A stretch of DNA of 24,000 nucleotides from Ignavibacteria bacterium. Lineage in GTDB: Bacteria; Bacteroidota; Ignavibacteria; Tepidaquicellales; OLB5. Shown in pieces: positions 16,071-24,000 of this stretch. The notes beneath the pieces are model-generated. The model was not told the origin of the DNA. It made no database searches and saw nothing but the letters and a program-made list of their open reading frames with translations. Each line of letters begins with the position of its first letter. The stretch's first letter is position 1. The translations under genes and the position numbers were made by a program. The stretch spans positions 8,666-32,665 of the forward strand of contig JAIOIK010000080.1 in assembly GCA_019912545.1 (NCBI GenBank), in the 5' to 3' direction.

Positions 16071-16481
16071 TTATTTAATAATTTTTAACTCTTCAAATTC
16101 CTTTATAGCATCTTCCTTCTCAGGGTAGTCCAGTTCCGAAGCTATTTTGAAAAGCTCTTTTGCGATTTCATAGCTATTTAAGCTGTCTTTTATATTCCCT
16201 TGTGCATTTAGTATCATTGCATCTTCTTTCATGATCCTTGCTATGCAATATATTTTTTCAGCCTCCGTTTCTTTATTCCTGCTGAAAACATATTTAACCC
16301 CTTCAGCTCCAAGTGATTTAATGTGCCCAAGACCCAAACCGGTAATATTCAGTGTTAATGAATCAAGTTCAGTCTTTGCATCAGTAAAACTTTCTGATTG
16401 TTTTAAAAGAACAATTTTTGCAATTACCCTGGCAAACTCTTCGATCATTCTTAGTATGTAATCTTTTCTTTCCAAATTCAT
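16071..16481 (-). CDS. Hypothetical helical protein, 72 nt upstream of dnaK on the same strand
   Basis: The ORF track begins at GTG 16490, inside a GC-rich palindrome. I prefer ATG 16481 (MNLERKDYILRMIEEF..., 136 aa). Predicted all-helical, TPR-like. No family recognised. Confidence 0.55.
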   Translation of the reverse strand: MNLERKDYILRMIEEFARVIAKIVLLKQSESFTDAKTELDSLTLNITGLGLGHIKSLGAEGVKYVFSRNKETEAEKIYCIARIMKEDAMILNAQGNIKDSLNSYEIAKELFKIASELDYPEKEDAIKEFEELKIIK

Positions 16482-16484
16482 TAA

Positions 16485-16582
16485 CCTCACCCCTAACCCC
16501 TCTCCTAAAAGGAGAGGGGGATAATTCCTGAAATTCTCGGCTTTTCTCCCCTCTCCCTCCGGGAGAGGGGCTGGGGGTGAGG
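16485..16582. repeat. GC-rich nested extragenic palindrome (REP-like), two inner hairpins enclosed by outer arms
   Basis: CCTCACCCC (16485-16493), then hairpin CCCCTCTCC/GGAGAGGGG (16497-16505 / 16511-16519), then a 28-nt spacer. Next comes hairpin CCCCTCTCC/GGAGAGGGG (16548-16556 / 16562-16570), then GGGGTGAGG (16574-16582). All three stems are perfect 9-mers in an otherwise AT-rich context. Confidence 0.75.
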
Positions 16583-16630
16583 TCTATATTTCTTAAGCTT
16601 CTCGCAAATAATCTTCTTCAAACAAATAAT

Positions 16631-16656
16631 GTGCCGGGGACCATCAACCCCGGCAC
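16631..16656 (-). terminator. Rho-independent terminator of hsp20
   Basis: The minus strand reads GTGCCGGGG-TTGATGGT-CCCCGGCAC (9-bp stem) followed by ATTATTTGTTTG. Confidence 0.6.
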
Positions 16657-16717
16657 ACTTTACTGCATCTTTGCTGCGTACTGCTGCTAACTAACCACTT
16701 TTCAGGTCAAATCGCGC

Positions 16718-17173
16718 TTACTTTATTTCGATCTGCTTTTCAACTATCTTTGCAGCTTCAGTTTTCGGCAGAGTGATGTTTAAAACACCGCTGTTGTAAT
16801 CAGCAGAGATCTTATCAACTATTACTTCCGAAGGAAGAGTGAAGCTTCTTGAAAAAGAACCGTAATTCCTTTCGATCCTGTAATAATTTTTGTTCTCATC
16901 TTTCTGCTCTGATTTCTTCTCGCCGCTGATCGTCAAAACATCGCCTACGATATTGATCTTAATATCATTCTTATCAACACCTGGTACCTCAGCGTGAACA
17001 AATAAGTTGTCATTATCTTCAGTAACATCAACCCTGGGGGTGAAAGCATTGCCGCCAAAAGGTTTTACTCCCCAATCACCGCTAAAGGGTGAATCGAAAT
17101 CTTCGAAAAATTTCCTGAGTCTTTTTTCGATGTGAGAGAGTTCGTGTGTTGGTTTAAATTTTACTAATGTCAT
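16718..17173 (-). CDS. hsp20: Small heat-shock protein, Hsp20/alpha-crystallin family
   Basis: 151 aa. 'PRVDVTEDNDNLFVHAEVPGVDKNDIKINIVGDVLTISGEK...FSRSFTLP'. Strong SD (AAGGAG) 10 nt upstream of the ATG. Confidence 0.9.
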   Translation of the reverse strand: MTLVKFKPTHELSHIEKRLRKFFEDFDSPFSGDWGVKPFGGNAFTPRVDVTEDNDNLFVHAEVPGVDKNDIKINIVGDVLTISGEKKSEQKDENKNYYRIERNYGSFSRSFTLPSEVIVDKISADYNSGVLNITLPKTEAAKIVEKQIEIK

Positions 17174-17220
17174 TTAAATAATTCTCCTTATATTTTTTTG
17201 TTATTGTAATCATATATGAC

Positions 17221-17240
17221 TAATACAATCTCCGTGCCAA
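17221..17240 (-). promoter_or_regulatory. Sigma-54 (-24/-12)-like promoter upstream of hsp20
   Basis: The minus strand reads TTGGCACGGAGATTGTATTA, against the consensus YTGGCACG-N4-TTGCW. The -24 element and spacing are exact. The -12 element is TTGT instead of TTGC. The predicted start is about 40 nt upstream of the hsp20 ATG. Confidence 0.35.
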
Positions 17241-17435
17241 ATTATTTGTTGAAATTTTGCTTTAAATTCACTTTTGAGGCAATTGACTTTTGACAAAATA
17301 TACATTAAAAATGCCATAAATTACACTGTTATGAAATATTTTCTATTTCTCTATGTCATTTTGTCACAGCCTTGATTTTCACCTAATTTTTTGCTTATTT
17401 TGTAATAGCTCACCTTCATTTTAATAGCAGATACT

Positions 17436-17828
17436 ATGGATAAAGAAACTATTTATACTGATATGGCGCCTGAACCAATAGGGCCATATTCGCAGGCTGT
17501 TAAGATATCTTCCGGGAATAATTCACTATTTTATACTTCAGGACAGATTGCCATCGATCCAAAGACTGCTGTTTTTCTTAATGGAGACGTCCGAGAGCAA
17601 ACCAGGCAAGTTCTCGAAAACGTAAAAGCAATATTGAATAATGCCGGCTCAGGATTAGATAAAGTAATCAAGACTACGGTGTTTTTACGAACAATGGACG
17701 ACTTCACGGCGATGAATGAAGTTTATGCCGAATATTTTGGAGCTTCTAAACCTGCACGAAGTACAGTTGCGGTTTCGGGATTACCGAAAGATGCACTGGT
17801 TGAGATTGAAACTATAGCTTACCTATAA
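17436..17828 (+). CDS. ridA: RidA family protein (YjgF/UK114 reactive-intermediate deaminase)
   Basis: 130 aa. 'PIGPYSQAV', 'SGQIAIDP', '[19 protein letters not shown]'. Confidence 0.9.
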   Translation: MDKETIYTDMAPEPIGPYSQAVKISSGNNSLFYTSGQIAIDPKTAVFLNGDVREQTRQVLENVKAILNNAGSGLDKVIKTTVFLRTMDDFTAMNEVYAEYFGASKPARSTVAVSGLPKDALVEIETIAYL

Positions 17829-17892
17829 GATTTTTCAGGATGCTTATGCAGCCTGGACCAAACAATATTACAGAACTTAAATAAATAATACT

Positions 17893-19188
17893 ATGCCCCT
17901 TGAAGCATTCGAAATAAAAGAACGTACTCTCAGAGTTTCCCACATGGCAGAAACTTTGGTTGCTTCAGAAATAATTAAGCTAGCCGGCGAGATCAATGAA
18001 AAGATCAAAAATGGCCAGCAGATATATAATCTTACTATTGGTGATTTTGATCCGTCTGTTTTTCCCATCCCTATTGAGCTTGAAGAAGAAATAATTCGTG
18101 CTTATAAAGAGCATGCAACAAACTATCCGCCAGCAGACGGGCTGCTTGAAACCCGCCAGGCTGTTTCAAATTTTTTGCTTAGCAGGGAAGGCCTTGAGTA
18201 TGACCCCAAGACAGAGATACTTATGTCTGCAGGAGCAAGGCCGCTGATCTATGCAGCATATCAAACACTCGTTCAACCCGGAGATACTGTGATATTTCCT
18301 GTGCCATCATGGAATAATAATCACTATACGCATCTATCACACGCAAAGAAGATTGAAGTAATCGCAACACCGGAAAATCATTTCATGCCAACAGCAGCGG
18401 ATATCAGGCCGTATCTGAAGGATGCTGCACTGGTTGCGCTTTGCTCACCTCTCAATCCGACCGGCACTGTTTTTACAGAAGAAGACTTGCGTGAAATTTG
18501 CGAAGCTATAGTTGAAGAAAATAATTCCCGCGGCGAAAAAGAAAAACCGGTGTATTTAATGTATGACCAGATATATTGGGTCTTAACATACGGTGAAACT
18601 AAGCATTTTAACCCTGTTACTCTTGTTCCGGAAATGAAGGATTACACTATATTCATTGACGGGCTTTCAAAAGCTTTTGCTGCTACAGGAGTTAGGGTCG
18701 GCTGGTCAGTTGGACCGGCAAGGGTTATTGGTAAGATGAAATCGATACTCTCTCATCTCGGTGCATGGGCTGCCAAGGCAGAGCAGGTTGCTACGGCAAG
18801 ATATCTTAACAGGACAAGTGATGTTGATAATTACCTTGATAGGTTCAAAAAAGAAGTACATGACAGGCTCGATGGTTTCTATAACGGGTTTATGGAATTA
18901 AAGAACGAAGGATTCAGAGTAAATGCAATTGCGCCGCAAGCCGCAATTTATTTAACAGTGCAGTTCGATCTTCATGGCATGAAAACAGAAGAAGGGATAG
19001 TCCTTGCAACCACAAAGGATATCACAAAATACCTGCTGGAAGAAGCGCATGTTGCTATTGTTCCGTTTTATGCGTTTGGTGATGACGAAAACTCAACATG
19101 GTACCGCCTCTCAGTTGGCACATGCCGCATGGAAGAAGTTGAAATGGTAATTGAAAGCTTAAGGAGGACTCTGGCAAAGCTTTCCTGA
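17893..19188 (+). CDS. Pyridoxal-phosphate-dependent aminotransferase, class I/II (aspartate aminotransferase-like)
   Basis: 431 aa. 'NLTIGDFD', 'YPPADGL', 'LCSPLNPTG', and the PLP-Lys motif 'SKAFAATGVRVGW'. Confidence 0.85.
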   Translation: MPLEAFEIKERTLRVSHMAETLVASEIIKLAGEINEKIKNGQQIYNLTIGDFDPSVFPIPIELEEEIIRAYKEHATNYPPADGLLETRQAVSNFLLSREGLEYDPKTEILMSAGARPLIYAAYQTLVQPGDTVIFPVPSWNNNHYTHLSHAKKIEVIATPENHFMPTAADIRPYLKDAALVALCSPLNPTGTVFTEEDLREICEAIVEENNSRGEKEKPVYLMYDQIYWVLTYGETKHFNPVTLVPEMKDYTIFIDGLSKAFAATGVRVGWSVGPARVIGKMKSILSHLGAWAAKAEQVATARYLNRTSDVDNYLDRFKKEVHDRLDGFYNGFMELKNEGFRVNAIAPQAAIYLTVQFDLHGMKTEEGIVLATTKDITKYLLEEAHVAIVPFYAFGDDENSTWYRLSVGTCRMEEVEMVIESLRRTLAKLS

Positions 19189-19295
19189 ACTGCCGATTGT
19201 ATTGAGATTGATCAAATGCTGGCTCTTTGAAGTTGCTGAGAAAGATTTTGTTATTTCTGACAATTTTATATTTTACAAATTAAATAATAGCAGCC

Positions 19296-22034
19296 ATGAA
19301 AAAATTTTCAATATTTTTCGTACTGGCCCTGAGCGCCGGCTTTCTTTATTTCTCCCAGCCTCCGTTCCAGAATAGTAAGATAATAAATTACTACTATTAC
19401 CAGGGTCAGAAATTCTATCTGCAGGAGCGTACTGATGTTGTCTTTGTTCAACTCAAAGAAAACGTATCAGAGCAGACTGCAAAAGATGTACTATCCGGGT
19501 ATCCTTACGTTGATCTCACACGCACAAACATTAAGACTAATGATAATAATTTCCTGAGCCTCAGAACTGGAATGAACAGTTCAGAGTATATTAACTTTGT
19601 TAATGACCTAAAGCAGAACGAGATCTTTGAGAGCGTTAATTATGCATATTCGCCTGTTGGTATAATTGATAATAAGACTTTTTACGGGATGAACGATCTT
19701 TTGATAATTCAGTTCAAACCCGGTTATAGCAAGCAGCAGATTGATCAGATAAATAGCTCAAGGGGTGTTGAGGTCGTTGAGCGTATTGATGTATCGGGCG
19801 GAGAGACTTTTCTGGCAAGAGTTACTCAATCTGCCGATTACAATGCTATGGAAATGTCAAATAAATATTATGAAGACGGACTTGTGAATTATTCCGAACC
19901 CAGCTTATATGTTACCAATGTTCTTTGTGATACCGTGAACGATCCTTTTTATCCTCAGCAATGGAGCTTAAGGAATGTTGGCAATAATGTTCCGACGAAT
20001 CCGCCAAATGTTATTGCAGATGTTGATATGGATGTAGACAGCGCATGGAACATAACCAAGGGTGATACAAACCTGATAATTGCAATCAGCGATACTGGCG
20101 TTGATACCACGCATCCCGATATAAGCAGAGTTTTTGGATATGACTTTGCCAATAATGACGGGAACCCCAATGATGACGGAAATCATGGAACTGCTTGTGC
20201 CGGTATTGTTGCTGCAATTGGCAATAATAACCTTGGCGTAACAGGTGTAGCTTATCGCTGTAAAATAATGCCCGTCAAAATTATTAATTCTGCCGGAAGC
20301 ATCCCGGGTTATCATGTTGCGGCAAGCGGTATGATTTGGGCGTACCAGCACGGTGCCTCAGTTATAAGTTGTTCCTGGGGTTTTACTGGCGGCAATAGTT
20401 CATTGCTTTATAATGCAATTAATGATGCTGCTAGAAACGGAAGAAATGGAAAAGGAACTGTGCTCTGTTTTGCTTCAGGCAATGAGGATACAAGTCCGAT
20501 GAGATTTCCATCAATTTCTGATGCAGAAATGGTAGTTGTAGGCGGGCTGGCTCCTTGTAACAAGCGAAAAAGTCCTTCGGATGGCTGTTCAAGCGAAACA
20601 TGGGGAGCAAGCTTTGGACCAACACTTGATATAGTAGCACCATGCGTAAAGATATATACAACAGACCGTGTGGGCACAGCCGGTTATTCAACAACTGATT
20701 ACTATAATTCATTCAATGGCACATCAAGCGCTACGCCAAATGCTGCCGGCGTTTGCGCTCTGCTAATTTCAGCTTTCCCCAACAAGACAAGAAAAGAAAT
20801 TGAAGCGGCAATTTCAATTTCAGCAGAAAAGGTTGGAGCATACAGCTATACAACTGTCAAGGAATACGGCAACTGGAATAATGAGATGGGATACGGAAGG
20901 ATAAATGCACGGCTTGCGCTTGCTTACCTTGCCGGAACAAGTGATATGGTTAAACCCGTAATTTATCACGATAACCCGTCTGTATCAAGTAATGATTCGA
21001 CAGCCCGGCTGATAACGGCTATCATTAAGGATAATAGCAAAATTGCGACAGGCACAAACCAGCCGAGGCTTTATTATAGAGTGAACGGCGGCTCGTTCAG
21101 CTTCCTGAATGCATCAACGATCTCGGCTGATACTTTTAAATTTACAATCCCGCTTCAAACTGTGGGTACAACAATTGACTATTATTTTGCAGCGCAGGAT
21201 ACTGTTTCTGTTCCCAACATGATTACATTGCCGGTAGGCGGCTCTGGGGTTAATCCACCCGGCACAACTGCACCGGCAACATTCTTCAATTACAGGGTAG
21301 GAAAATATAAATTTGTATCTAGCTCAACAACGCCTAAAGTGTGTACAAACAATTCGTTTATTTATGATACTATTACTATAAGCGGAATAACGGGTGTTGT
21401 AACTGATGTTGATGTTAGAATTAACATATCTAACAGGGATGACCAGGATGTTGATCTATTCCTGTTAAGAACCGTTGGGCAGAGCGAGCTTACAACAGAT
21501 AACGGAAGCTCAGGAGATAGTTACGTTAATACAATATTTGACGATGAAGCCTCAACGCCAATAACCAGCGGTACCGTTCCGTTTACCGGCAGATTCCGCC
21601 CGGAGACTGTATTAAACGTTTTCGACGGGCAAACAGTTAATGGCCAGTGGATACTGAGATATACCGATGACGCTTCCACAGGATTTAACAGCTCCCTTGA
21701 TAGCTGGACACTTGAAATTACTTATGATGTAACAGTTGGTATTACGCAAACTTCAATTGTACCTTCTCTTTATTCATTATCGCAAAACTATCCAAATCCT
21801 TTCAACCCGGCAACTGTAATAAGTTATGGGTTGCCTAAGAACAGTCATGTGAATCTTACCTTGTATGATGTTACCGGTAAGGAAGTAAGTGTGCTTGTTA
21901 ATGAATTGCAGTTGGCAGGAACTTATGATTATACATTATCTCTTAACAGCTTAAATCTGAGTTCGGGAGTATATTTTTATAAGCTTACTGCAGGTGATTT
22001 TACTTCTGTGAAAAAAATGATACTTATCAAATAG
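19296..22034 (+). CDS. Secreted S8 (subtilisin-family) serine protease with proprotein-convertase P-domain and T9SS C-terminal sorting domain
   Basis: 912 aa with a signal peptide. Catalytic Asp 'AISDTGVD', His 'GNHGTACAG', Ser 'NGTSSATPNAAG'. P-domain 'FTGRFRPE...DGQTVNGQWILRYTDDAS'. C-terminus 'SQNYPNPFNPATVISYGLP...GVYFYKLTAGDFTSVKKMILIK'. Confidence 0.9.
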   Translation: MKKFSIFFVLALSAGFLYFSQPPFQNSKIINYYYYQGQKFYLQERTDVVFVQLKENVSEQTAKDVLSGYPYVDLTRTNIKTNDNNFLSLRTGMNSSEYINFVNDLKQNEIFESVNYAYSPVGIIDNKTFYGMNDLLIIQFKPGYSKQQIDQINSSRGVEVVERIDVSGGETFLARVTQSADYNAMEMSNKYYEDGLVNYSEPSLYVTNVLCDTVNDPFYPQQWSLRNVGNNVPTNPPNVIADVDMDVDSAWNITKGDTNLIIAISDTGVDTTHPDISRVFGYDFANNDGNPNDDGNHGTACAGIVAAIGNNNLGVTGVAYRCKIMPVKIINSAGSIPGYHVAASGMIWAYQHGASVISCSWGFTGGNSSLLYNAINDAARNGRNGKGTVLCFASGNEDTSPMRFPSISDAEMVVVGGLAPCNKRKSPSDGCSSETWGASFGPTLDIVAPCVKIYTTDRVGTAGYSTTDYYNSFNGTSSATPNAAGVCALLISAFPNKTRKEIEAAISISAEKVGAYSYTTVKEYGNWNNEMGYGRINARLALAYLAGTSDMVKPVIYHDNPSVSSNDSTARLITAIIKDNSKIATGTNQPRLYYRVNGGSFSFLNASTISADTFKFTIPLQTVGTTIDYYFAAQDTVSVPNMITLPVGGSGVNPPGTTAPATFFNYRVGKYKFVSSSTTPKVCTNNSFIYDTITISGITGVVTDVDVRINISNRDDQDVDLFLLRTVGQSELTTDNGSSGDSYVNTIFDDEASTPITSGTVPFTGRFRPETVLNVFDGQTVNGQWILRYTDDASTGFNSSLDSWTLEITYDVTVGITQTSIVPSLYSLSQNYPNPFNPATVISYGLPKNSHVNLTLYDVTGKEVSVLVNELQLAGTYDYTLSLNSLNLSSGVYFYKLTAGDFTSVKKMILIK

Positions 22035-22059
22035 GAATCGGAATATTCATCTCAATACC

Positions 22060-22089
22060 AAAAGGGGCCCCGCGAAGGGCTCCTTTTTT
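22060..22089. terminator. Bidirectional rho-independent terminator between convergent genes
   Basis: AAAA-GGGGCCC-CGCGAA-GGGCTCC-TTTTTT. The stem is 7 bp (one G.U), flanked by an A-run and a T-run, so it can serve both strands. Confidence 0.65.
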
Positions 22090-22153
22090 GCTTTCTTTCG
22101 CAAATCGAGAATTTCTAATTTCTTAATGACTTCAGTTGTTTATCAAGGTTACA

Positions 22154-22705
22154 TTACTTTATCAAAACCATTGTTCTGGTTTGGGAATATCCATCCGTTT
22201 CAAGCTTATAAAAATATACTCCGCTTGATTGATATGTAGCATTCCAGTTTGCATTATATGTACCTGCTTTCAGATTTTCATTCACCCGTGTTTCAACTTC
22301 ACGACCGAGAATATCAAATACTGCAAGCTTAGCAAAACCAGACTTTGGTTACTGAAATTTAATATTTGTAGTTGAATTGAACGGATTTGGATAGTTTTGT
22401 GAAAGTGAATATGAATTCGAAATTTCTGAGCCTAAGTTGGTTATCCCTATAGTATTAGCTGTAGGATTAAAGTCATAACAAAGTTCTGAATTTGCACTTC
22501 CATTACGTATATCGTGCCAAATAACATGAACTTTACCTCCGGTAACAGCAATATTAGGGTAATACGCACGACTTAATGAACTTGATACTTGTGTACCTGT
22601 TTCGCAGCTATTCCCGCTGTTCTGAAGGGGGCTATCGCCGCCGCAAGCGCAAATCAAAACAGCAATTGCAGTAATTACCGGATAAATAATTTTTAGTGTC
22701 TTCAT
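22154..22705 (-). pseudogene. Small BNR-like T9SS-tailed protein gene interrupted by an in-frame TAA (22349-22351)
   Basis: The annotated ORF (22349-22705) ends '...SQNYPNPFNSTTNIKFQ*'. Reading through the TAA in the same frame gives 'PKSGFAKLAVFDILGREVETRVNENLKAGTYNANWNATYQSSGVYFYKLETDGYSQTRTMVLIK*', with its stop at 22154-22156. That is the remainder of a T9SS sorting domain. Confidence 0.7.
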
Positions 22706-22728
22706 AATATGTTATTTTCATAATTTTG

Positions 22729-23790
22729 TTAATCGAGTATTCCGCCAACAACTACACCGTAAGGCTGAAAAAGATAAATATCATAATAGAGTTCTTTTGG
22801 TTCATCCCTTGCGACTATCCAGGTGATCCCGTAATCCGTTGATCTTAAAATTACATTATCTCCAACGGCAAGTAAAAAGTTTAGGTGAAATTTAACCTTT
22901 TTTATGTTCTTTGTGGTACCGCTTTGTACTGCTGACCAGCTCTCACCGCCATCATCGCTTCTTAAAATAGTACCCCTGTCTCCTACAATAATACCCACTA
23001 ACCCAGAAAAATCGATCCCGTTCAAATTTTCCTGTGTACCGCTTGATGTACTTACCCAATTAGTATCAAAAGGAAAGTTTATTCTGTATATACTGCCCAA
23101 ATTGCCGCACACAACAGGGTGTGTTTCAACATTTGAACCATAATAGCAAACATCGTTTTTGTAATTTATCCCGGGAACCGGCGGTGAAGCGATCCAGGTA
23201 TAACCACCATCAAACGTTTTGTAAGTAGAGTCTTCAGGTCTTTCAGGGATAATAATTCCTCTCAGACTGTTATCAAAATCAATAGCCCTTAAACCTCTAA
23301 AAATACCTGTAGTAGAGTATTCATTCACAACCCATGTAAATCCGTCATCTGAAGTCATGGCGACATGACCCAAACCAGCTCCTTGCTGACCAATCACAAT
23401 TCCTGCGTCAATAGAGGAGGGTATTTTTTCGATATCAGTCAGCATGCCATTCAATGGAGAATAAACTTCAACGCCCCACCTGTTGCTCAGGAAACCACTT
23501 CTCTTCCAAACATTTTTCTCTCCTGAAATAATACAAAGACTGTCAGGATCAGATGAAAAAGAAGTTACTCCTGTAATGCTGCGCCTGGAATCAGAGGCAG
23601 AACCAATCATAATATAATTTCTGGTCCAAAATTCACCTGAGTTATTTGTAGCAAGCAAAATGCCCGATACATTAGATGCCGGAGGTGGATCCGGGGCTGT
23701 ATTAGAAACTTCAGTATCCAAACAGGATGAACCGGTAAAAGATAACATAACGCACAAAATACAGATCAACATAATTTTCTTATTCATCAT
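22729..23790 (-). CDS. Lipoprotein/secreted beta-propeller with BNR/Asp-box repeats (Ycf48/sialidase-like fold)
   Basis: 353 aa with signal peptide 'IMLICILCVMLSFTGSSC'. Asp-box-like repeats 'TSDDGFTW', 'TFDGGYTW', 'SDDGGESW', 'STDYGITW'. Confidence 0.75.
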   Translation of the reverse strand: MMNKKIMLICILCVMLSFTGSSCLDTEVSNTAPDPPPASNVSGILLATNNSGEFWTRNYIMIGSASDSRRSITGVTSFSSDPDSLCIISGEKNVWKRSGFLSNRWGVEVYSPLNGMLTDIEKIPSSIDAGIVIGQQGAGLGHVAMTSDDGFTWVVNEYSTTGIFRGLRAIDFDNSLRGIIIPERPEDSTYKTFDGGYTWIASPPVPGINYKNDVCYYGSNVETHPVVCGNLGSIYRINFPFDTNWVSTSSGTQENLNGIDFSGLVGIIVGDRGTILRSDDGGESWSAVQSGTTKNIKKVKFHLNFLLAVGDNVILRSTDYGITWIVARDEPKELYYDIYLFQPYGVVVGGILD

Positions 23791-24000
23791 TATTTAAATT
23801 CAAATTTTTTTAACAGGCTAAAGCGCTTCGTTAAATGGATCTCACTCAGCGCTTTTTGCCTTGGTCGTCCTCTTTTAGAGAGGTAAAAAATATTTTGATT
23901 GATTTAAGTGGACGACCAGATCCCGTGCAATTATATCATAAAAAATTCACCACAGCAAAGAAACTTTTGTTTGTTTGTGGCATACAAACTGGGTTTTGGA

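Noticed and set aside
16482-16490. GTG start (16490) given by the ORF track for the gene upstream of dnaK
   Set aside because: The GTG lies inside the GGGGTGAGG arm of the palindrome. ATG 16481, three codons downstream, is the more plausible start.
17283-17368. Paired GTCA/TGACA half-sites (TTGACTTTTGACA and TGTCATTTTGTCACA) as an enhancer-binding-protein site or NifA-like TGT-N10-ACA
   Set aside because: These are 4-5-nt half-sites in AT-rich DNA with inconsistent spacing (7 versus 8 nt; TGT-N9-ACA rather than N10). They are too weak to report as a feature and are mentioned only under the sigma-54 finding.
15999-17435. Search for classical heat-shock operators (CIRCE TTAGCACTC-N9-GAGTGCTAA, HAIR CTTGAGT-N7-ACTCAAG) and a clean sigma-32 promoter near dnaK and hsp20
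   Set aside because: I found no match by eye. Only a loose TTGAAG near 16610 was seen, which is not enough to call.
19955-20712. Four minus-strand ORFs (71-127 aa) inside the S8 protease gene
   Set aside because: They are antisense to a gene with a complete Asp/His/Ser triad and have no supporting features.
1-24000. Window-wide look for tRNA/rRNA genes, CRISPR repeats, integrase/transposase genes, and terminal inverted or direct repeats bounding the island or the TA-like modules
   Set aside because: I recognised none. The island and modules therefore cannot be called mobile elements on present evidence.

Overview
AT-rich chromosomal window, probably from an FCB-group bacterium (Ignavibacteria/Bacteroidota-like). 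This is inferred from two T9SS-type C-terminal sorting domains ('SQNYPNPFN...YFYKL') and many lipoproteins. All family calls come from reading motifs by eye; no searches were run. Almost everything from 1 to 17173 is on the minus strand: a truncated HI0933-type flavoprotein, a ParE-type toxin-antitoxin pair, an orphan secreted HExxH protein, yifB/comM, a lipoprotein plus ABC-2 exporter operon, a YacP-like NYN RNase, asnS, an NlpC/P60-like lipoprotein, a beta-lactamase-fold serine hydrolase, dnaK with a small upstream gene, and hsp20. 17436-22034 is a plus-strand block: ridA, a class-I aminotransferase, and a 912-aa S8 protease with P-domain and T9SS tail. Two minus-strand BNR/Asp-box genes follow. 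Six things are not explained by the housekeeping annotation. (1) A low-GC, opposite-strand two-gene orphan island at 9546-11178 (Tat-signal protein plus a wHTH protein with degenerate UDG-like motifs). This is my best candidate for an undescribed system, but its function is not established. (2) Two diverged paralogous copies of a 102-aa toxin-like plus DUF2283-like module with identical 13-nt gene overlaps, each immediately downstream of a housekeeping gene (asnS, dnaK). (3) A GC-rich nested palindrome able to sequester the SD-like sequence of the gene leading the dnaK unit. (4) A sigma-54-like promoter in front of hsp20. (5) An in-frame TAA splitting a T9SS sorting domain. (6) An iterated 8-mer operator-like array upstream of the ABC operon. 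I recognised no rRNA, tRNA, CRISPR array, integrase or transposase.
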